A stretch of 64,000 nt of DNA from Vicugna vicugna (lineage: Eukaryota): contig MU058584.1 in NCBI GenBank assembly GCA_013265495.1, positions 3,912,508 through 3,976,507 of the forward strand, written 5' to 3'. A program made the position numbers and the translations under genes. Below are positions 38,981-48,321 of this stretch, piece by piece (position 1 is the first letter of the stretch; each line of letters starts with the position of its first letter). Under the pieces are notes generated by a model, which searched no databases, was not told where the DNA came from, and saw only the letters and a program-made list of their open reading frames with translations.

Positions 38981-41030
38981 AAGCAAGTTATGTATTAAAT
39001 CTCTAAGTCTCGATTTCCCCATCCTGAAAAATTGGGATAAACCCAGTTCCTACCTCCCAGAGATGTGAGAATTAAAAAAAAAAAGTTGATACACATGAAT
39101 TTGCTGAGGTCAAAGCAGTATCTTACACATTTTCATATCCTTAGCACTTAGTAAAGTTTATAGCAGAATGTAGATAGATGTTCATAAATATTTGTTGAAT
39201 AAATGACTTTATCAATTTTTCATACAATCCTAACATGTATAACTGTATTATTCATTATTTTTATTGAACAAATATTTATGAGTACCTACTACGCCCAGGC
39301 ATCATGCTAGGCCCTGGGTACACATTTGGAAACATAAATATTATTATTAAGAGGAAAAGGAATCATTAATACAGACTATTTTAAACTGTTGTTTTCCTCA
39401 CAGAGTTATTTTTCCTTACATAAAAATTCATTCCATAAAAATTTCCTTTTATGGAAAAAATAATAAAGAATGAATAGCACATGCACTGACTTCAATTACT
39501 TTTTGAAAGTCATATTAATTTATTTTTTGAAACAAAGAGCAAAACAAAGATTAAATAGATTAATTTAATTAAGGGTATTTAAGTTCTTTTTCTTAGTAGA
39601 GCTGATTTCAAATTCGTTGCCCTCAGATCAGGGGCATGTACTTAACTTTGTTTCAAATAGGTTGATGATTCCAAGACTTCCCCTATAGTAATGCTGGTGA
39701 ATATAACTCAGGCCATATTTACAGATTGATTGTAACACGATTAAATTTCTCATTTCCTTAACTGTATTTTGGTTGGTGTAGCTTGAAATAATTAGATTAT
39801 AGGGTAGCCCAATTATTTACTTTAAACAGTCATGTATACACCCCAGGGCTTAATTACCATGAATAAATCAATACCACCCCAAATTCATTGGCTGTCACTG
39901 ACAACAGCTTTAACTGTACCTGCACAGTATAAGGAATTCAATGAGCAGGCTAAGACCCATGATTAAAACTTTAGCCGTTAAAATAACTGCTATCTCCTAG
40001 AGATCAGTGTTTCCTCAATGTAGAATCTGCAATTCTACCCAACTTAAACTTTACAGTCATTTCTCTCAAGACAATCTAGAACTGAATTTTTAACTTTTCT
40101 TTGCTAACCATGAAATATAGTACTTTTTTAAAAATGGAAAAAATTATTGGCCTTAATTAAGAATTCAGAAAATAATTAGACCTGGGTCTTGTCCAGGAAA
40201 GTTTACCATTAAAGATAAATTTTAGAACGTTATGACTAGTTACAAAGAAAGATATTTACAACGGATAACGCCTACTTATCGTATTTACTCTGAGAAACAG
40301 AAAAATAAAATTCATGAAGAAGCTACCGCTGAATTCGACATTTTTATTTACTAGGATCAGTTTCCAGTTTACTGCTGGATTTTAAAAGATGCTCCTAAGC
40401 GAAAACAAGGGAAGAAAGCCTATCCATGGATTAGGGGGTCGGCTATTTGTTTGGATCCAGTGAGCGGCGATCGAGGCACATGAAAGCCGAAAGCAGGTTA
40501 GGGGCGGGAATTAGCGACTTAATAAAACTCCTAGCTCCCGAGGAAGCCAGCCGGGTGTTAGAAACAAGTAGGGCAGAAGAAATTTGGGGCTAATTAAAAC
40601 AACCAGAGGACACTCCTCCTCGCGTTAGCCAGGTTCGGGTCTCCAGCATTCGCAGGGTCGGGGGCGGGGACTAGTTCGGATTCAAATTTAAAGCGGGATG
40701 CCCGCGCGTGGCTCAGCAGGTGCATCCAGCCCGGCTTCCCGCGGCGGGCGTTTCCGCCCCTACCTGCCCACAGGGCCGGAAATTACCTAGCAGGGGAGCG
40801 GCCCCTGCTTTGTTGTTAGCGTTTCAACAGCGCGCAGAACCTTAAAAAGTGCGCAGCGGAGGGGACGTCGGCTGGCCCGCACCCCGAGACTCCACGCATC
40901 TCCACCCTCTTGGCCGCTGTGTCCCCTGCCCTTCTTTTAGAATGCCACTGGGGGAAGCTGGAGTAAAACCGGGAGGGGAGTGAGGCGGGAGGAGAAGGGA
41001 GGACTATCAAAAGGCACAAGCGCTCCGCGG

Positions 41031-41045
41031 ACTACACTTCACAGG
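41031..41045 (+). promoter_or_regulatory. ZNF143/SBS-like element (ACTACACTTCACAGG)
   Basis: Resembles the ACTACAnnTCCCA promoter motif with one mismatch in the CCCA core. Confidence 0.4.
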
Positions 41046-41074
41046 TTACGCATCAGTAGGGAGTCAGAGAGAGA

Positions 41075-41124
41075 GCGCATGCGCGGACTGCCTCACAGGC
41101 GCGTGGAGAAAGTCGCGCATGTGC
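41075..41124. promoter_or_regulatory. NRF1 motifs (GCGCATGCGC at 41075-41084; GCGCATGTGC at 41115-41124)
   Basis: One perfect NRF1 palindrome and one single-mismatch copy, about 300 bp upstream of the ATG. Confidence 0.7.
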
Positions 41125-41400
41125 AGAGCCCAGATGGAAAAATGAAACGAAGGGGTGACTGGCAGGTTGAGGGCGCCTTAGCTACTAAAGAGCCACAGCG
41201 GCCAGGGGGCGCGTGCGCAGAGCGCCCGAAGGGGTGGGGCTCCTCCAAGGGGACGGCCTCGCGCGCCCCCTGGCGCGCGCCCGGGGAGAGGAGGGAGCCA
41301 GAGGGGGCGGAGAGGAGGGAGGAGGCATGGAGGGAGGGAGGGGGGAGGGGAGCCGGAGCGAGGGAGGGTTTATCGACCGGGCGATTTTGGTTAAAATATT

Positions 41401-41410
41401 CAAAATGGCG
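41401..41410 (+). promoter_or_regulatory. YY1 motif CAAAATGGCG overlapping the start codon
   Basis: Matches the YY1 consensus AANATGGCG, a common overlap with initiation codons in CpG-island genes. Confidence 0.6.
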
Positions 41411-41465
41411 GACGGAGGAGCAGCGAGTCAAGATGAGAGTTCAGCCGCGGCGGCAGCAGCAGCAG
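41405..41465 (+). CDS. POU2F1: POU domain class 2 transcription factor 1 (Oct-1), first coding exon (61 nt)
   Basis: ATG at 41405 in the context AAAATGG translates to MADGGAASQDESSAAAAAAA, the recognised N-terminus of the ubiquitous Oct-1 isoform. It is followed by G|GTAATC, a phase-1 splice donor at 41466, and lies in a CpG island. Confidence 0.96.
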
Positions 41466-41770
41466 GTAATCATTACAGCATTTTACATATTCATATTCAT
41501 ACTCAACCCCGGCTCCCGCTGCCCCCCCCCCCGACTTAGCATAATTTATTAGTACTCAGGATTATTATAATTAACGGCGGGGAGATGGGGGGCCGGGGAG
41601 CACGGAGCCCCCGCCGGGCGCCGAGCGGAGGGGGAAAGAGGCTCGGAGCGGCCAGGCGGAGGGGGAAGACAAGGGGCAAAGGGGGCTGCGATCCACCGCC
41701 CTCCTCCTGCTCCCGGCCCACCCCGCCGCCGGCTCGCCCGCCCGCCAGCACCGGCCCTCCTCCTCCGCCG

Positions 41771-41791
41771 GCCGCCGCCGCCGCCGCCGCC
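41771..41791. repeat. (GCC)7 trinucleotide repeat in proximal intron 1
   Basis: Seen directly in the sequence. Confidence 0.9.
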
Positions 41792-44700
41792 TCCTCGCCG
41801 CCGAGCCCGAACCCGAGCGGGTCCGCGGCGGGGCCGCGGGGCCGGGGCAGAGGGAGAGGACAATAAAGACATTTTACATATTCATAGCTGCTGGGCCGGC
41901 GGGGCGCGGCGGGGCGCGGGCGGGCGACCCGGGCCGGGCGGGCGCAGGGTGGGGGGGCGTGGAGGGGGAATGGAGGTGGCGGCGAGCACAATGCCGGGGA
42001 GGCGGCGGGGCTGGAGCGGACCCCGGCGGCCGGACAGCCGCACGCGTCCTCCCCCCGGGAGCGGGCCGGGGCGGGGTGGGCTCTGCAGGCTGCGGGGGGC
42101 GGCCCGGAGGGCGGCCGGGGGTGCACCCGGGGAGAGCGCCCTGCGGGCGCCCGCGCCCAGCCGCCGCACCAGGGTCCAAGCGGGGCTGAGCCCGGGGTCA
42201 CGGCCCCGGGCACCTCAGCCGCGCCCCACTTGTCCCCCGTGTGGCGGCCTGACCCGAGCCAGGCCTGCGCTGTAGGTGGGTAGGGGTGAGCGGTCGCGGG
42301 CGCTGCGAGGTGGCCTCGGGGCGGAGGGGGTGGGGAGCCGGCGCCAGGGTCCGCTTCCCCCGTGGGGGGCGGACCGGGTTGAAAGCGGTCCTCGGGGAAA
42401 GTTCCCCTCCGAGGGGCAGGTCCTCCGGGGCCTCCCCATGTGCTGCGGGCCGGTGGTCGGGGGTCCCGGTAGGTCCTGGGAAAGCCCCCCGTCCCCCTTC
42501 TGCCGTGGTTTCTCGAGGGAGTTGGGCTGGAGGTGTCCGGCGCGGTCTGATCCCGGTCTCCTCCTGCCCCTCCCCGCCCCCCGCCTCTGCGCTTGACCCG
42601 GACCGACGGGGCTGCGGGCCCTCGGGGGCCTCTCGCTCCCAAGCCCCAGAAGCGCCCGGAGGCCTCCCGGGAACTCGGATGTAAAGCGCTGCCCTCCTGC
42701 CCCTGCCCCTGCCCCACTACCGGCTGGCCTGACAAGTTGATAACATTCTTGGTTTCCCCTCTCCTGTTGGGAGTTGGGTCGGGGCGGGGATCCCCCTCCC
42801 TGGTTCTGTGCTCCTGTGTTCTTGCTGGGTCCTCTTGACTGTCTGGTTAGCCGAACCTCTCTCATTTGAATAATGTCTAATTCGGGGAGGTTTATATTAT
42901 TGAAATGGCCGCCTGGCTTTCCCCGCCTCTCATGTTTAGTAATTCAGACCTTTAATAACAGCCACTCACAGCCCAACGCCGTGTTTATATTTTACATTCG
43001 CCCCATGTGCTTTTGTGGTTCGATATGATTCTTTTTTTTTTTTTTTCCTTGGCAATCCACAGGGCTCTGAGATCAAACCCAGGCTGTGCTGGGAAGAGAA
43101 GGGGGAGAGCTAGGCCTTGGCTCCTCTAGCAGTGGCCTAGGCCTCATGTTCTCTGCCGCTTGATTTATTTACTAATAACCAAAATGACTCCCCCCGCAAC
43201 TTCCACACACATACCCCTCCTCCGCGGGCAAAACAAACCCTCTTGGGGCCTTAACAGCGTTCAGACAGCTCCTAGCTAAGCATCAACTTTGTCTGTTTTG
43301 TTTTTTTTCTTAAAAAGACTTTCTTACAGTTTGGCATAATATTGCGCCTAAGGAAAAAAAAAACTGCCTTTTCATTTTCAGAGGCGAATGAAACCTATTT
43401 TGCTTTAATATAAGAAAATCACTTTGTTTCGGGGCTAGTTCACCCCTGCCCTTGGCTCCTACCCCAAGTTAAACAGTTTAAGACTCTGTAAAGGTCTGTA
43501 GTATCTGTAAAACCGGTAGTTTTTATCTAGTAGTTCTAGAATAGCTAGGTATTTTAGAAATTTCAGTTAACAACAAAAAATTTCTCAATTTGTAACGGCT
43601 GCGTTCCCTTTTCAATTTCTTCATTCTAATTTAAAGTGGGCTGATAACAATTTTGTGCTATCACTGTCATAAACTTGCTTATTTTAATTGTAGCACTCCT
43701 GAGAACAGAAATGGGGTTATGTTTTCTTTGAGTGTTTGTGCCATGGTTAAATGAGTGAAAATAGAAGAATAAACACGGGCATTGTGTCTGCCCTGATCTT
43801 GAAACTTATTCCCCTTCCAGCACACCCACCCCTCTTCTTTAAGTTGTCAAAATTGATTTTATGTTTTATGTAGACTTAAGGTGTTTGGTGTGTGAAAGGC
43901 AGATTAACTTTTGCTGCTTAAAGGAAACAATAATTTTTATTTGGGGACTTTCCCCTTGGTAAAGTTTTCATTCTTTTTTATTTTGTAGAGTTGTAATGTA
44001 TTTTTTTTAAAAACATGGTGTTGCTTCTCATTGGTGATTTTTTAAGCCCTGCTAGGAGAGGAAGGTATCAGAGAAGTGTTGTTTAACACCAGTGTGATTA
44101 ACCTTTGAAATTATGTTAAGGCACTTGTTGGTCAGTTGCTAGGTACATATTTTAATCTTCAGTTTAATTGGTAACAGAATTCTAGATTTGATGGGCTAAA
44201 AGCGAGCCAGTTTCAAATAACCAGTTCTCACTGTTTTTCTTTTCTCACCTTCAGTAGGCAGGTCCTGAATGCAGTAGAAAGAAAAAAAAACTATAGCTTT
44301 CATGAGAATATTCTGGTGAATGACTGCTTCAGAGACCTGAAGCATGAGATTGAATGGACAAAAAACAGTAATATGATTTCATGCCTTAAATAGCATGTGT
44401 TTTTGCACCCAATTCCCAAGATGTGGTCAAACTGATGATGTCATTGGACAGAGGACAAGGTGCAGTTAATTTGATTTATTGTCCTGAGGTGAAGTGTAGC
44501 AGTGAAACCTTCTCATAGGGAAACCATTTATCTCGGGACAATTTCCTTTATAGCTGCAATTTAACCACTACCGAGGCTATAGATATTTTATCCAAGGTGA
44601 TAAAATGTACATTGCATTTTACAAACAAAATTTCCCTGTTATAATTTTTGTAATGCAGGAAAGGATGAGTATTGTTAACTGGCCTTATTTTGGTTGGCTT

Positions 44701-46564
44701 CCATGCTGTTGTAAAAATTCATTCCCTCAAATTTATCATATGGAGACCCTGGGCTTTAATAAGTCTAATCATAGGAGTGATCCATATGCATGCTTTTTTT
44801 AGATGGGTTTTTTTGTGATCCACCAAACTCCAGTAGGAAGCTGTTTCTTGGTTTAATCAGGGTACAGCCCAGGAGAAGAAGAGATCATATTTGCCTTAGA
44901 ACATATTTCAGTGAATAGAGTGAACTGAAAGAGGTTAAGGGCTATATATTCTTTTAGGTTGAAATTATAGTGCTTAAAATAAGGTAAAATACTTCCAGTA
45001 AAGCATGTGCTCTGTAAACAGTTTTTTTAAAAAATAATTCAGAATTCTTTATGGATTTGTCTTAATTTAGTCTGAACAAGTTTGTGCATTTTATTTTGAT
45101 TGATTAGTGATTTTTAATATTGTTCCACTGGTGAGGTAGTGAGTCCACATATGATTTTTGACATATTACTAGGTTTTCCTGTTAGACATTTTTCATCATG
45201 TTTTTAACTAGTTTATCTTAAAGTGATGATTAAAATGTCCTGGGAATGTGGTAGAATTGCAGTGCTTTATTCCTAACTCTGACTTACGAGCCAAGCTTGA
45301 TAGAGTATTTTATCATGAGTATTTGCTCATGAGCCTTCATAAGTTTATAACCTGCCTGTCTCCTTTTGCATCTGTCAGGTGGCTTCCCACAAGTTTTCAG
45401 AAAACTCATCACTTCCCTAACTTACCCCACCTATTAATAATAATGGTACTTTGGAATTCAGGTCTTGAAAATTCATGTGATAGCTGACCAGATATTTTTA
45501 ATATCTAAAAGGACCGTTCTTCCAGCCGCTTCTGTTCAAGTAATTTCTGACCTCATCCCCAGACTGATTTCTAATTCCTTTCATTTTGTCATCATCAAAA
45601 ATCCCAGGAATCAAGGAAAAAGCGAACAGCAACTATTAGGCTTAAATGGTGTAGTATTCTGATATATTTGAAGTTTACTATTCTCTGCATCGATAAGCAG
45701 TATAAAGCAGAAGAAGTAAGATGTGTTTCATTGCCGCGTAGTTTGAAGTAATTGTTTGTTACTCATCTGGCCAGTAAATTTTGGAGTAAGTTGAAGGCTC
45801 AGGATGTTAAATTGCTCTTATAAAGCCACCAGAGGTGTTTAAAGGAGCCTTGAGTGTCTTACACAGGTGGTGCTAAAATGACAGAACTGGAAGTTTGAGT
45901 GTTATCTTTCAGAAGTATTTTCCATTGAAAATGAAACGTTTAAAATTTCTTGAATCTGTATTGCTTGATCTTGAACTTAGGTGTGTGGGTTTATGTGTTT
46001 AGGTTGTGTTTTTAAAATTGATCTCTCACTTTCATGAATATGTTTCCTTTACTAGGAGGACTGTGATATTATGTGGTGATGTTTGCCTGATCAGTTAGTT
46101 TTGTTCTGTTTTTAATGTTGAAAGCCCACAGCTTTAGTCTTCTTTCAAGCACTATTAAAATTAATTTTCTTTTAAAATACCAGTGTGTGACTGCCATTAA
46201 TTTACTTTTATGCACGTGTTGGTTCAGTTGCACAGTGTTTGTGATTAATAAAGACTTATTGTGAGGCCAAATCTTAAGCAGGAATGTTTTTTTCCTAATG
46301 GAAATGATTGTGTTTAGAACTATTCAGATAATTATTGTTTACAGAACAGAAGTCACAGACAAAACATGCCTCTTTTTTGGTCACCCAGGTTCTTGTTTCT
46401 GTTGCCTTCTTTAATGTTAAATGCCTGAGCAAACGTGTTTATTATTTATTTCTTAAAGGAAATCTAGTATCAGGTGTCAGAGAGTTAGAATGTGGATTTG
46501 ATGGTTACACATCTGCCTTGCTTGAGTTTCTGCATCCCTCCTGAATGAATTCTTCCCTCCTTTT

Positions 46565-46597
<33 letters not shown>

Positions 46598-48010
46598 GAA
46601 ACTCTTTGCTCCCAAATTTTGCTTAATTCTTATCTTGATTGTATTGCTTAAAAATACCGTTTTGAGTGGAATCAAGGTAGAAAAAGGTAATAATTGTGGC
46701 TCACAGATGCCTTATCCATCTCCTTTTGCTGAACATTTTTGCGCATTATTGACACTTTGTGAATAAAGATAATTGAGTAACTTAGTAGATTTATATTTCT
46801 TCTTAGAAATAAATTGGTTTTACTTCGTACTGAAATATTTCTAACTGTTCTAAACTGGCAGTGAGCCCTTACAAACTCTTTCGGCAGTAATAGCAATGGA
46901 AACAAAAATAGCGTGAGTGGAGCCAGTGCCTGACTTACTGATCCATTTACAGTATATTTAGAATTTGGAATATGAGAATTGTCTTGAGTTTCAGAACCTC
47001 TGATTTGAAGAAGCTCTTTGCATATAATGTATGTAGTTTATAGAGTTCTGGGTTCTTAACTATAGGTTGTTAATTTACTGAGCATTGATGGGATATCTTA
47101 TTTGTACTCAGCTCCTGTGTTTTTTGTTTTCAGTCACCCCCCCCCCATTAAGCAAATACTCAACGGTTTAGTGTTGGCTAAATTTTGCAGACAGGCCCAG
47201 CAATGAACAAAAGAAGATTAGCAAACCTCTCAATTTATCAGATTTTTTTTTAAAAGTACTGTCCAGGAAATAGATATTTATCCAAAAAAGGACACAATAT
47301 TAATTTTTTTTAAAGCTAATATGAAAGCACAAAACTTAGCACAATATAAGTGTTGGTAGTAGGTTTACTTGTCCTACAGTATTGAAAGTCATTGCAAGTA
47401 AATTTATCACATGATTTATTTCATAATTCTCTGTGTAACTTTGTTGGTTTTTATGTTTGAATCATAGCAATAGTGTATAAAGTTAACTAATTAAATCAGT
47501 AAAATAATAAAAATTACGGTAGGCTTCTTTTTTTTTTTTTTTTTTTGGACTGTCTCTTTGCAGTAGAAGATATAAACAGGAATGTTTGGGAAGTGAACAT
47601 TATGCTGTGTTTGTTAAATAACTCACTTTATTTAACGTGTGGTCACCTCCTCAAGCAATGGAGTTGTACTGACTGGCTTTGTCACCTGCAGAGTGAATAT
47701 ACTTTTCAGAGAAAAGTGACTTAGCTGTTTTCTTGTTTTAGTACACTTATTTAATAGTCTGCTTTGTGGGGGGGAAAAAGCCTTTTTTTTTTTTTTTTTG
47801 CTTATTCATACTGCAACAGGCAAGAATATTATAATCAATCTTTTAAAAATAGTTATTTAAACATTTCTTAGCTTACAAAAAGTATCTGCTGCTTTGAACC
47901 TGGTCCTATGCCAGTTGTCTTTGGGACTAACTAGGGAATATGACTCTGCTGTGGAAGACTTTGCTATGAAGTTTACTTAGCAGGGAAAATTTTAAAACAA
48001 TGTATATATA

Positions 48011-48321
48011 CATAGTCAGCCGTCCATATTGACAGGTTGGGCAGCCAGGAATTTAACCAACGGCAGATGGAAAATATTGGAAAGAAATATTCCAGAAAGT
48101 TCCAAAAACAAAAATTGAATTTGTTGAACCTGGACAGCTGTTTATATTGTATTAGGTATTACAAGTAATTTAGAGATGATTTTAAAGTATATGGGAGGAT
48201 GTGCATAGGTTATATGCAAATACTATATACCCTTTTATATAAGGAACTTGAGCATTGCTGGGTTTTGTTATCTGCAAAGATCCTCGAACTAGTTGCCTGT
48301 GGATACCAAGGAATGAGTGTA
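48011..48321. mobile_element. MER2-like Tigger MITE
   Basis: GTATTAGGTATTACAAGTAATTTAGAGATGATT...GGGAGGATGTGCATAGGTTATATGCAAATACTA...GGATACCAAGGAATGAGTGTA. Confidence 0.8.

Larger units (their letters stand above)
40430..42860. promoter_or_regulatory. CpG island / POU2F1 housekeeping promoter
   Basis: Abrupt rise in GC and CpG density against CpG-poor flanks. Contains GC boxes (GGGGCGGGG near 40660), an ETS-like CCGGAAA near 40777, and no obvious TATA box. Confidence 0.93.

Noticed and set aside
41536..42865. Long ORFs in the CpG island (e.g. 399 aa and 216 aa on the minus strand)
   Set aside because: They are Gly/Pro/Arg/Ala-rich, present in nearly all frames, and have no recognisable domain. 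This is expected from stop-codon scarcity in GC-rich DNA.
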